Assembly: GCA_965205865.1 (NCBI GenBank)
Contig: CBDBHR010000030.1
Coordinates: 928,001 to 992,000 of the forward strand
Direction: 5' to 3'
Length of the DNA: 64,000 nt
Origin: a bacterium
GTDB taxonomy: Bacteria > SAR324 > NAC60-12
Positions 1-9,047 of this stretch are shown one piece after another. The notes under the pieces are model-generated. The model was not told where the DNA came from, did not search any database, and worked only from the letters and a program-made list of their open reading frames with translations. Within the stretch, counting starts at the first letter, position 1. Every line of letters begins with the position of its first letter. The position numbers and the translations under genes were made by a program.

Positions 1-111
1 CACCATCAGGGTGAAGGTGAGCAACAAGGATTGCAATTTTGCAGCAGACCAAACGCCTGCCGGGTTCAGCCCCACGAGGGAGGCAACAAATTTCATTTTT
101 TTCGTTTGCAT
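1..111 (-). CDS. N-terminus of an ABC family-5 substrate-binding protein (runs off the window start)
   Basis: Reads MQTKKMKFVASLVGLNPAGVWSAAKLQSLLLTFTLMV, nearly identical to the 6329-6436 part of the SBP at 4601-6703. Confidence 0.8.
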   Translation of the reverse strand, partial: MQTKKMKFVASLVGLNPAGVWSAAKLQSLLLTFTLMV

Positions 112-131
112 AACATTACTCCATATTACAA

Positions 132-595
132 ATTAATCATTCCCCACCTGCTTCACTCACTCGAGCGGGAAGCCTTCTCGGAGGACCCTTTCGAACTTTC
201 CACTCCCGAGTCATTCAGATGGGATGAGCACAAGATTGCTCAGGAAGGTGATTTTTTTCATGTGATCGCTTTCCCAAACCATCTTACTAAAATACAGTAT
301 GCAGGAGGAGGAGGAAGATGTCAACTCCCTGAGTTAACTTTTTTTCAAAAAGCGTTGGCTTGCCGGGTGCGTGTTACCATCAAGATACTGATATTCTTGA
401 TTATATTTAGAATCTCCTCCCTTTCTTTTTTTTGCCCCCTTCTTGATCTCCTTATACAAATGCCAGATTTTTCTTGATCTCTCAATAAAAAACACACTAA
501 TGTGTAATTATGAGAGTAATATGGCAAATCATAAAATTGAGAAATGAATGACAAAAAGAGAACTGGAAAAACGATTAAAGGAGGCTGGATTCGTC
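132..595. repeat. Segmental duplication copy 1 (SBP 5' UTR/promoter plus hicA start)
   Basis: Near-identical to 6720-7129 plus 9104-9157; copy 2 is split by the IS66 unit. Confidence 0.95.
296..324 (-). promoter_or_regulatory. Sigma70-type promoter for the SBP gene
   Basis: TTGACA-17 nt-CATACT with an extended TG on the minus strand; the same promoter occurs at 6884-6912. Confidence 0.65.
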
Positions 596-730
596 AAAAG
601 AGGGGGTGGGAGACATGATATATGGATCAAACCTGGATTTCCTCCTATTCCAGGATATAGACATTAAGGGGATATTCCTCCGGGACTCAATACTATTTTT
701 AAAAACGCGGGACTGAAGGGGGATCAATGA
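548..730 (+). pseudogene. hicA: HicA-family toxin with an internal stop, followed by an overlapping truncated hicB-like start
   Basis: MTKRELEKRLKEAGFVKRGGGRHDIWIKPGFPPIPGYRH*GDIPPGLNTIFKNAGLKG; in-frame TAA at 665-667; ATGA overlap at 727 begins MKYYY. Confidence 0.75.
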
Positions 731-829
731 AATATTACTATATTTTGTGGTTCCTCTTCCAATTTCATCGTCGCTCAAGGCCCCTGATTTGAGTGACGGA
801 GTGTGGGTGAGGATGGGGTCACCCTTCAT

Positions 830-919
830 GTTCCTGAAAACGAAGCTGAAAAAGCAGTGACCGAGGCAGAAGAATTGTTAGGGGCTCTCCAAAAAATTCT
901 AGAAAACAGCGAGCCATAA
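830..919 (+). pseudogene. C-terminal remnant of a possible HEPN-like protein
   Basis: VPENEAEKAVTEAEELLGALQKILENSEP* resembles HEPN C-terminal helices and ends just before an attC-like site. Confidence 0.3.
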
Positions 920-923
920 AAAA

Positions 924-1047
924 GTCTGACAAGAGGTTCCAGGCGATGTGAGGGGTGCGCTCTTTTCCAAAGTTTGTGCCAGCTTGTCAAGTGGTGTCTT
1001 TTCCATCGTTTTCCTTCCCCCTCACAAGCCCGAACTTTGCGTTCTAA
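924..1047 (+). other. Degenerate integron attC site
   Basis: GTCTGAC-aaga-ggttcc...TGTGAGGGG / CCCCTCACA...gaactttgc-GTTCTAA imperfect palindrome. Confidence 0.55.
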
Positions 1048-1229
1048 ATCCTCAGCACTTTGAATGATCGGATAGAATTGACAGTTAAAAAGTTATATAG
1101 TCCATAAAAGAATACAAAGAAATTGATAAATATTCCCACCTTTATAAAAGATTTAAGGTAAGATAGAAGCGAATCTATAAAATTCTTTGTGCTCAACCTT
1201 TGAAACCTGTGAAACCTAAATGAAAAGAG

Positions 1230-1712
1230 GTGGAAATGAACTGGGAAACCATATGCGCAGATCCTAATTTAAAGGATTTGCCTTACAAAGTAGAACTTAA
1301 TGCAAAAGGTCAGATTATTATGAGTCCGGCAAAGCTGTATCATGGAAGATTTCAAAGTGAAATAGTTCATATTTTAAAGACTTTACTAACTGAGGGAGAA
1401 GTAGTTACCGAGTGCGCAATTAAGACAAGTGATAGCACGAAGGTAGCCGATGTAGCTTGGTTCTCTAAAGAAAGATGGGAACGAGTAAAAGATGAGTTCG
1501 ATGCTTCTATTGCCCCTGAAATATGTATCGAAATTATGTCTCACAGCAATACTCAAGAAGAATTAGAAAATAAAAAACGTCTCTATTTAGAAGCTGGAGC
1601 AAAGGAATTTTGGGTATGCAGTGAAGAAGGTAACATGCGATTTTATGATAAACAACGGGAATTAACCTTGTCTGATCTTGTCGCTCAATTTCCTCAGAAT
1701 GTTGATCAATGA
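1230..1712 (+). CDS. Uma2 family (DUF820) PD-(D/E)XK endonuclease
   Basis: ELNAKGQIIMSP, VADVAW, APEICIEIMS and AGAKEFWV motifs. Confidence 0.9.
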   Translation: MEMNWETICADPNLKDLPYKVELNAKGQIIMSPAKLYHGRFQSEIVHILKTLLTEGEVVTECAIKTSDSTKVADVAWFSKERWERVKDEFDASIAPEICIEIMSHSNTQEELENKKRLYLEAGAKEFWVCSEEGNMRFYDKQRELTLSDLVAQFPQNVDQ

Positions 1713-1764
1713 GGGTTGAGTTTATTTTCAAAACTGTTGAATTAGGGTAGAATGAAAAACAGTT

Positions 1765-1795
1765 TTAGAACAAGCTGCTCCAGTTGACCGCCAGC
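1765..1795 (+). other. Left half of an attC site (right arm lost)
   Basis: TTAGAAC-aagct-gctccagttgaccgcc; TTAGAAC is the exact reverse complement of GTTCTAA at 1041-1047. Confidence 0.55.
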
Positions 1796-2396
1796 AAATC
1801 TCTCCTTGAATACTTTGTTTGTTCTCTTTTATACTTTTAGCGCAACCATGACAACTCCTGCAAACTGCATATCCCACCCCCCGGCTTTATTTCAGGGCGT
1901 TATTGGGGGCTTTATTCCAACAGCGCCCAAAAACGAGATTATGCGAAATGCCGGAGTGCTTTGGGACAGAAAGAAGGGGAGGAACAAAAAAAAGATGGGG
2001 ATTGGCAAAAGGTGTTGGTGGCGTGTTTGCCGCAAGATCAAACACCTGCCTGGTTGTGTCCGGTTTGCCAAAAGTTTTTAATCCACAAGCCCCTGGACGA
2101 ATCTTCCCCTCTTGCCCACTCAGGAGATGCTCCTTTAAAAGTGACTCTCATTATCTAAGAAAAGAGAACTCCTCGTTGAGGGAAGAGGGAGACGTCTGCC
2201 CAAAAAACGCTGAAACGCCTGGAAGAGCCTTCTTGAAGGAAGAAAATGCCCAATGGAACAGAAATTTGCTTTAAAACACCGGTTCCCTCGAGGAAATAGG
2301 AGGTAATTTCCTTGCGATTTCAGCCAAAGGGAGTGACTGAATCTCCATAGCAAAGGAGAGGAAGAATCAACCCCTTCCCTTCGGACCCGCGGCTCC

Positions 2397-2476
2397 GTCC
2401 AACAAAAAGATGAAGCGGACTTTCCATCCTTGCTATTAGTGAAGGGAGTGGAAAGCCGCTTATCTAAACGTTAGCA
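2397..2476 (+). other. Integron attC site
   Basis: GTCCAAC-aaaaa-GATGAAGCGGACTTTCCA...TGGAAAGCCGCTTATC-taaac-GTTAGCA, with extrahelical bases; an ATG follows at 2479. Confidence 0.8.
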
Positions 2477-2607
2477 CTATGAATAATCCAGGTCTAAAAA
2501 AAGGAATAGAAGCTCTGGGCTTGATTCTTTCCAATGATCCAATCTTGACGCAGCAGAAAAAACAGCGATTCTCAGGAAGGAAAAAGGGAGGGGCTCCTTT
2601 GGTGCGC

Positions 2608-3552
2608 TTACCAATTGAAAGGGTGGAGCAGTCGGGCCAGGAGGCCTCGTTTGCGTTTCCTCTTTGCAGCGCCATAACTGCCCTGGCCTCCGCGCATCCG
2701 GGGGTCGAGCAGATCCCTGAGGGCGTCACCGAACATGTTGAGGGAATAGACGGTAATCGTCAGGCAAAGCCCGGGCCAGAGCGCCAGCCAGGGCGCCTGC
2801 TCCATGTACTTGCGCCCTTCCCGGCTGAGCAGACTCCCCCAGCTGGGAATCCCGACGGGCAGCCCGTATCCGAGAAAGCTCAGCGAGGCCTCGGCAATGA
2901 TGACACCGCCAATGTTGATTGAGAAGATGATGAGGATCGGCGCCATGATATTGGGCAGGACATGCCGTATGAGGATTTGGCTCGTGGAGGTGCCCACGGC
3001 CCGGGCTGCCAGAAAATAGTCATTCTCCTTGACACCAATCACAGCCCCTCGGACGACTCGGGAACCCCCGATGCCTCCGGTGATGCCCAGCACCACGATG
3101 ATCTGGAGGAGCCCCTCTCCCACGATGGACATGATGGTCAACAAGATCAGCAGCCCCGGGAAGGCCATCCAGGCATCGACAAAGCGTTGCGCAGCCAGGT
3201 CCACTTTCCCTCCCAGGAATCCGGAAGTGACGCCGATCAGGACAGCGACGAGCACATTGAGCGTGGTCGCAGCCAGACCGACCAGCATGGAAACCCGAGC
3301 CCCGAAAATCAGACGGCTCAACAAGTCTCGCCCTATATGGTCGGTCCCCAGCGGATACTGGGCGGATGAGCCCGTCATCCGGTCTCTCAGGTGCATTTCA
3401 TCAAAGGGATAAGGCGCCAGCGCATCGGCAAAGATCGCCACCAGAATCAAGAGCAAGACGATCATCCCGCAGGCCGTCCCCAGGGGCTGCTCCTCGAGCA
3501 GCCTGATAAAGAATGCAGCCAGCCGTCCCCGTCGCTTGGGCTCATTATTCAT
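2608..3552 (-). CDS. dppC: Peptide/nickel ABC transporter permease (DppC/OppC-like)
   Basis: PLGTDHIGRDLLSRLIFGARVS, HVLPN, EASLSFLG, NMFGDALRDLLDPR; start taken at MNNEP. Confidence 0.9.
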   Translation of the reverse strand: MNNEPKRRGRLAAFFIRLLEEQPLGTACGMIVLLLILVAIFADALAPYPFDEMHLRDRMTGSSAQYPLGTDHIGRDLLSRLIFGARVSMLVGLAATTLNVLVAVLIGVTSGFLGGKVDLAAQRFVDAWMAFPGLLILLTIMSIVGEGLLQIIVVLGITGGIGGSRVVRGAVIGVKENDYFLAARAVGTSTSQILIRHVLPNIMAPILIIFSINIGGVIIAEASLSFLGYGLPVGIPSWGSLLSREGRKYMEQAPWLALWPGLCLTITVYSLNMFGDALRDLLDPRMRGGQGSYGAAKRKRKRGLLARLLHPFNW

Positions 3553-4504
3553 ACCGCACCCTCGGGTCCAAGTAAGCATAAATCAGGTCGATCATGAGAT
3601 TGATTCCCACCACTGTAGTGGCGAAGAGCAGGTTGATTCCGGAGACCAGCGGGTAGTCTCGGATTTCGAGGGCATCCAGCATGAGCCTCCCTAACCCTGG
3701 CAGGACAAATATGTTCTCCATGATCACGGCGCCGCCGATCAGGATCGGCAACTGCAGACCGATCAGGGACACCACCGGGATGAGGGCATTTTTGATGGCG
3801 TGCCGGATTACCACGATCCGCTCCTTGAGCCCCTTGGACCAGGCGGTGCGGATATAGTCCTGCCGGAGCACCTCGAGCATCATGGTGCGGGTCATCCGCA
3901 TGGTGGCGGCCGCTGAGGCCGTCCCCAGAATCAGGCTGGGAATGAGGAACATGCCGAGATTGCCCAGCGGGTCTTCGGAGAAAGGAATCAGCTGCATCGG
4001 TGGCGACCAGGACCACCAGAGGGCCGGGTAGATCATGACCATCAAGCCCAGCCAGAAGTTCGGCGTGGCCAGGCCGATGATGGCGAAGGAGCGCCCCAGG
4101 TAGTCGGCGGCCGTATTCTGGCGAATCGCCGAGTAGATGCCCACCGGCAGCGCAATCAGGAATCCAATGACGAGGGCCAGGACGCCAAGCTCCAGGGTGA
4201 CGGGCAATCTGGCCAGGATCTGTTTCTCGATGGTGAAACCACCGAGCAGTGAGTCGCCCAGGGTGCCGTGCAGCAAAATACCGCCCACCCAGCGGCCATA
4301 CTGCACGTAGACCGGCACGTCCAAGCCTAACCTACGCTCAAGCGTTTCACGGTCGATGGGCCCACTCCCCATGTATGCCAAATCGCCCATCATGATGTCG
4401 ATGATGTCGCCCGGGATGAAGCGTACGGAGAGAAAGACAAGAATCGTCACGATGAACAGCGTGGGGATCATGAGCAGTATCCTCCTGGTGATATACGCGC
4501 TCAT
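3545..4504 (-). CDS. dppB: Peptide/nickel ABC transporter permease (DppB/OppB-like)
   Basis: YITRR, QDYIRTAWSKGL EAA loop, RDYP, DLIYAYLDPRVRY; start taken at MSAY. Confidence 0.9.
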   Translation of the reverse strand: MSAYITRRILLMIPTLFIVTILVFLSVRFIPGDIIDIMMGDLAYMGSGPIDRETLERRLGLDVPVYVQYGRWVGGILLHGTLGDSLLGGFTIEKQILARLPVTLELGVLALVIGFLIALPVGIYSAIRQNTAADYLGRSFAIIGLATPNFWLGLMVMIYPALWWSWSPPMQLIPFSEDPLGNLGMFLIPSLILGTASAAATMRMTRTMMLEVLRQDYIRTAWSKGLKERIVVIRHAIKNALIPVVSLIGLQLPILIGGAVIMENIFVLPGLGRLMLDALEIRDYPLVSGINLLFATTVVGINLMIDLIYAYLDPRVRYE

Positions 4505-4532
4505 TCCCCACACCTCATCGTTGTTCGGTTTA

Positions 4533-4564
4533 GATGGGACGGCGGCCCTCCGCCACCGTCCCAC
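4533..4564 (-). terminator. Stem-loop between SBP and dppB (possible attenuator or mRNA-stabilising hairpin)
   Basis: TGGGACGGCGG...CCACCGTCCCA inverted repeat. Confidence 0.45.
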
Positions 4565-4600
4565 CATTCACTGTCTTGTTACTGCGTCTGAAGGCGGATA

Positions 4601-6703
4601 CTAGAAGCCCATCTCCTTCTTCAGATCTTGATCGATCCAGAGGCGGGCGAAGATGGGAAGTCGGTGCTGGCCCCCAAAGTGAACTTCTCCGTTATAACCT
4701 GTGACCCACGGCTGGAGCGCCATGTACTTTCCAGCTTTAGGACCCCATACATATGAATGCTTCTCTATCATGTACATATCTGCCTCTCTCGACAGCCTCT
4801 GCCGCTCTGCAATCGAGGTAGCGGATTCAGCGGCTTCAATCATGGCGTCCAACTCAGCGACCTTGAATCCGGGAACGTTCCAAATGGACGTCGAGTGACC
4901 TCCATGGCGTAGAACGTTTGCAGCACCAAAAGGAGCATTCCAGCCGGTAACCACCATAGCCATACCTCCATAGTCCCTTTCTGTAACCAGAGGGATAAAC
5001 TGAGGTCGGTCCATCGCCCTAATCTCTACATCAACGCCAATTGCCTTCAAGTATCCTGCGACTATCTCAGCGTACCCCAAATCTGCTTCACTGCTTTGGT
5101 TCAAGACTGTCTTGAATCTAACGCCGTCGGCGCCGCGTTTATATCCGGCCTCATCAAGCAACGCTTCTGCCCCTTCCGGGTCATACATATAGCCCTTCTT
5201 GACCTCGTCGGGCCACTCGTCAAACGGCGTGTAGTACCCTTTGAGAGCTTCCCCCACCATCCCCTGAGGTTGCCACTTTGCAGTGCCCTTGTAGTAGGTA
5301 TCGTTAATGGCCTTCAGGTTCAATGCCATCTGCGTCGCCTTGCGCACCCTGATGTCGTCAAAAGGCGGCTTGGTCGTGTTAAGGGCGAAAGAGTTTTCCG
5401 AACGATCCCACCACGGGATCAGCTCGATTTCAGGGTTGTTCTTCCGGAGGCTATCAAGCACGTCGGCCGACACGATATCAGAGACCCCAGCAGGGAAACC
5501 CAGGAAATCAATCTTACCCGAGCGCAGCCCCGCTATGCGTGTGGCTTCCTCCATGATGAAAAGGCCCACTAACTCGTCAGTGTAAGGTAAGCGGTTTTGC
5601 GGGTACTTTTCGTCGTAGCCCCAGTAGTCGGGATTCTTGGTGTGGGTGATAGACGTGCCTTGGACCCAGTCAGTCAGCTCATAGGGCCCAGTGCCGACGA
5701 AGTTCCTCCAATCCGAAATGTCGCCATGTTGCTTGATTACCTCGGGGGGCAATATAAACGACATATAGCCAAAGAAGATAATAGTCGGTGCAGCGAAGTT
5801 TGGCTCCTTCAGCTTAATAACAACCGTCCATTTGTCGGTGGCCGTTACCGATTCGATTCCTATACCCAGCAGTTGGGAAACGGGGCTAGGTTCGGTGAAG
5901 CCGCTGCCCAGGCCCAAGATTCGGTGATAGTTGTACTCGATATCTTGGGCAGTCAGCTCCCGACCGTTCATCGGTGCCTTATTATGCCAGCGAACGCCCT
6001 TGCGGATGTGGAAGATGAACGTTGTGTCGTCGGGCATTTCCCAGCTTTCAGCCAGTTGCCCTGCCGCGAACTCTAACGGGATGTACTGGCTCGAGAAGTC
6101 ATATTCGTCCCTATCTACTGCCCAATTGACAATAACTAGCTGGTCTGCAACGCCAGCCATGGCCAGTCCTGCGCTGCCGTACACAAGGGTATCAGCACTC
6201 GGTGGCTCCAGCATAGTGGCAAAGGTCAAAGTCCCGCCATACTCAGGTGCAGTCACCATTTTGCCAGTACTGGGGTCTTTAACCATTTTCTTCTCAGCCG
6301 CGACGGCTGAACTGACCCCGAGGGTGGCCACCATCAGGGTGAGGGTGAGCAACAAAGATTGCAGTTTTGCAGCAGACCAAACGCCTGCCGGGTTCAGCCC
6401 CACGAGGGAGGCAACAAGTTGCTTTATACTACGCATAGTGACCTCGTTTAATTGAGGGTGGAAAGAACGATTCACCCATGGGGCGAATCGGATTTTCGCA
6501 GCAGACACCGCGCCTGCCACGATCAGCCCCACGAGGGGGGCGAAAAGGTTCTTCAAAGCCATAGACACTCCTTTATAAGAGATTGAAAATAATTCACCCA
6601 ACCATTGAACGAATCGGATTTTTGCAGCAGACACGACGTCTGCCACGATCAACCCCACCAAAAGGGTGAGGCATAACGAAAACAATTTATTCGGTTTCAT
6701 CAT
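4601..6703 (-). CDS. ABC family-5 substrate-binding protein with a tandemly repeated N-terminal leader; the real start may be 6436
   Basis: PEYGGTL, LAESWE, GVRWHN..NGRELTA, GTGPY, KNPDYW and PFDDIRVRKA motifs. Confidence 0.9.
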   Translation of the reverse strand: MMKPNKLFSLCLTLLVGLIVADVVSAAKIRFVQWLGELFSISYKGVSMALKNLFAPLVGLIVAGAVSAAKIRFAPWVNRSFHPQLNEVTMRSIKQLVASLVGLNPAGVWSAAKLQSLLLTLTLMVATLGVSSAVAAEKKMVKDPSTGKMVTAPEYGGTLTFATMLEPPSADTLVYGSAGLAMAGVADQLVIVNWAVDRDEYDFSSQYIPLEFAAGQLAESWEMPDDTTFIFHIRKGVRWHNKAPMNGRELTAQDIEYNYHRILGLGSGFTEPSPVSQLLGIGIESVTATDKWTVVIKLKEPNFAAPTIIFFGYMSFILPPEVIKQHGDISDWRNFVGTGPYELTDWVQGTSITHTKNPDYWGYDEKYPQNRLPYTDELVGLFIMEEATRIAGLRSGKIDFLGFPAGVSDIVSADVLDSLRKNNPEIELIPWWDRSENSFALNTTKPPFDDIRVRKATQMALNLKAINDTYYKGTAKWQPQGMVGEALKGYYTPFDEWPDEVKKGYMYDPEGAEALLDEAGYKRGADGVRFKTVLNQSSEADLGYAEIVAGYLKAIGVDVEIRAMDRPQFIPLVTERDYGGMAMVVTGWNAPFGAANVLRHGGHSTSIWNVPGFKVAELDAMIEAAESATSIAERQRLSREADMYMIEKHSYVWGPKAGKYMALQPWVTGYNGEVHFGGQHRLPIFARLWIDQDLKKEMGF

Positions 6704-6719
6704 ATTACTCCTATTACGG

Positions 6720-7129
6720 ATTAATCATTCCCCACCTGCTTCCCTCACTCGAGCGGGAAGCCTTCTCGGAGGACCCTTTCGAACTTTCCACTGACGAGTC
6801 ATTCAGATGGGATGAGCACAAGATTGCTCAGGAAGGTGATTTTTTTCATGTGATCGCGTTCCCAAACCATCCTACTAAAATACAGTATGCAGGAGGAGGA
6901 GGAAGATGTCAATTCCCTGAGTTAACTTTTTTTCAAAAAGCGTTGGCTTGCCGGGTGCGTGTTACCATCAAGATACTGATATTAATGATTATTTTTAGAA
7001 TCTCCTCCCTTTCTTTTTTTTGCCCCCTTCTTGATCTCCTTATACAAATGCCAGATTTTTCTTGATCTCTCAATAAAACACACACTAATGTGTAATTATG
7101 AGAGTAATATGGCAAATCATAAAATTGAG
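6720..7129. repeat. Segmental duplication copy 2 (continues at 9104-9157)
   Basis: Near-identical to 132-541. Confidence 0.95.
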
Positions 7130-7351
7130 GTAACTATTTAGGTCTCTGAAAAACCCGTTTATTAAATATCGTTAAAAAAGATTCCCGGAGAGGATCGATC
7201 GTTTTCAAGTCCTCCCACGATATTGTTCAATCGATCGGAAACCCTCTTCTTTCATAAACACAACTTAACGAAGACGTGATTATAACACAATAAAATGTAA
7301 TGTCAACCCCCCAAGGCAAAATAAATGCGGGATTCAAAAAAAAAGTAACTA

Positions 7352-7499
7352 TACTCTGAACGGGTTTAAATTTCACTTTTCAAAATTCCTGTTATTCCGA
7401 GCTAAAGGGGCTGCCTAAGCAAGAATCTCATGGGAATCAAGAAGATCCTTCGGTTCCCTCAGGATGACAAAAAAATGAAGAAATCATATGTTCACAGTA
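7352..7499. mobile_element. About 148-bp MITE with TA duplication
   Basis: TACTCTGAAC / GTTCACAGTA ends flanked by TA; interrupts GTAAC-TA-TTTAGGTCC; second copy at 47810-47956. Confidence 0.8.
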
Positions 7500-7526
7500 T
7501 ATTTAGGTCCTTTATGGGGACCTTAA

Positions 7527-9047
7527 TTATAAAGGAGTTGCCAGAGGATGCAAAGCCTGAGTGAGCAAATCGAGGATGGATTTTCCCTGTTTTCTGGTAG
7601 TGGAAATGGCTCCCCGGATGATACAAAAAGCCTGAGATCCTTCAGCCGTTCGAAAGCCGCCGGAGATTTTTTGTTTCAGTTTAACCATGCGCACATCTCG
7701 CTCGGCTTGGTTGTTGTCAAAAGGAACCCGGAAGTCATCCATGAATAACAAGTTTTCCTTTTCATAGAGGATCAAGCGATCGAGTAAATTTTTGGCTTTG
7801 CTCTGTTTGGGGCGTCCTCGTTTCTTTGTTTGAGGAGGGGGAGGATAGAGCTCAAGGGCTTCTTGGGTGATATCACGATAGCGTTGCCGGAAGTGATCTA
7901 GTTGGACTGGACTCAAAGCAGATTGTTCTTTGAACTTGGCTTGGTCTACTTGCTTTTTGATCTCTACCAGTAAGTCGCTCATCTCCTGAGCCCACAAGGC
8001 CTTTTCTTGTTGATAGGCCCGAGAGAGTTCACGTAAATGATGCGCATTGCAAAAGCCATGATCACACTCATAATGCTGGTAGCTCTCCCAGTGATCATGA
8101 ATGGCTGTCTTTTCAAACTGAGGCAGGATACCGGCGGCATCCATTCCGGCTTGACCCCGTTTGTCGTGGATAAAATAAAAGGTCAGCTCTTCGGTAGAGG
8201 CTGAATGAAGCCAGCGACGTTGTTTGTTTTCAAACAGAGAGGTTTCATCAAAATGAACCACCTCCGATTGAATCAGAGCTTCAGCCACTTGTTGTTGGAA
8301 GGGATAAAGCCTATGGGCGGCTTGCTGGAGGCTAGCATAAATCGTGGCCGCATTGAGCGGCTGGCCGAACAGATCCTCAAAAAATTGCTGGCATCGATCA
8401 AAGGGCAGAAACTGATATTGATTGAGATAAACCGCTAAGCCTTTGATCCGGGGACCATATTGAGTGGGTGCCTTTATCCCTGCTGGAAAGCTCGAGTGAT
8501 TCAGATGCCGGCAGCAGGGACAAATTTTTTGTTCCACCTGGTGCTCGGTGACCTCTAATTGGAGCGGGGGAAGATCAAACACTTGGCGTTTATGCCTCGC
8601 CTCAACCACAACCTGGGATAAATCTTCTCCACAGGTTTCACAGGTGCTGGGAGAATGGGACTCCACCTGATCCGGTGATTCACTGAAAGCCAAATGATGG
8701 CCTCTATGACCGGGTTGACCTCCGCGAGAGCGACCCCTGCTTTTACGTAAGCTTTTGTTCTTTCGACTTTGATCGGTGGAAGGAGGTTTACTTGAGTTTT
8801 GGCTGTTGAGAGCCAACTGATCCCGAAGTTGCTTATTTTCTGTTTCGAGAGCTTCAATACGCTTATTTTCTATTTCGAGACGTTCGAGGAGTTTTAATCG
8901 CTCTTTCTTCCATTGATCCCGTTCTTCTTCAAAGAGTTGACAGGCTTCTTGAAGAGCCTCAAGGAGGGAAGTCGATGAAATGGAATTAATATATTTTTTT
9001 TGAAATTTCGAGAGCATAAAATCCTTCCTGAATTTTATGCTATGCAA
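7527..9047 (-). CDS. IS66 family transposase (single-ORF type)
   Basis: NSQNSSKPPS, GGQPGHRGH, zinc finger CETCG/CPCC, HFDET, CNAHHLREL, FDNNQAERD. Confidence 0.95.
   Translation of the reverse strand: MHSIKFRKDFMLSKFQKKYINSISSTSLLEALQEACQLFEEERDQWKKERLKLLERLEIENKRIEALETENKQLRDQLALNSQNSSKPPSTDQSRKNKSLRKSRGRSRGGQPGHRGHHLAFSESPDQVESHSPSTCETCGEDLSQVVVEARHKRQVFDLPPLQLEVTEHQVEQKICPCCRHLNHSSFPAGIKAPTQYGPRIKGLAVYLNQYQFLPFDRCQQFFEDLFGQPLNAATIYASLQQAAHRLYPFQQQVAEALIQSEVVHFDETSLFENKQRRWLHSASTEELTFYFIHDKRGQAGMDAAGILPQFEKTAIHDHWESYQHYECDHGFCNAHHLRELSRAYQQEKALWAQEMSDLLVEIKKQVDQAKFKEQSALSPVQLDHFRQRYRDITQEALELYPPPPQTKKRGRPKQSKAKNLLDRLILYEKENLLFMDDFRVPFDNNQAERDVRMVKLKQKISGGFRTAEGSQAFCIIRGAISTTRKQGKSILDLLTQALHPLATPL

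Noticed and set aside
31..554. ORFs 31..477 (+) and 345..554 (-), and their twins at 6850-7115
   Set aside because: They overlap the duplicated promoter/UTR region, the frames differ between copies, and the products are not protein-like.
1806..2353. Several overlapping short ORFs between attC sites
   Set aside because: No recognisable motif or SD; probably decayed cassette DNA.
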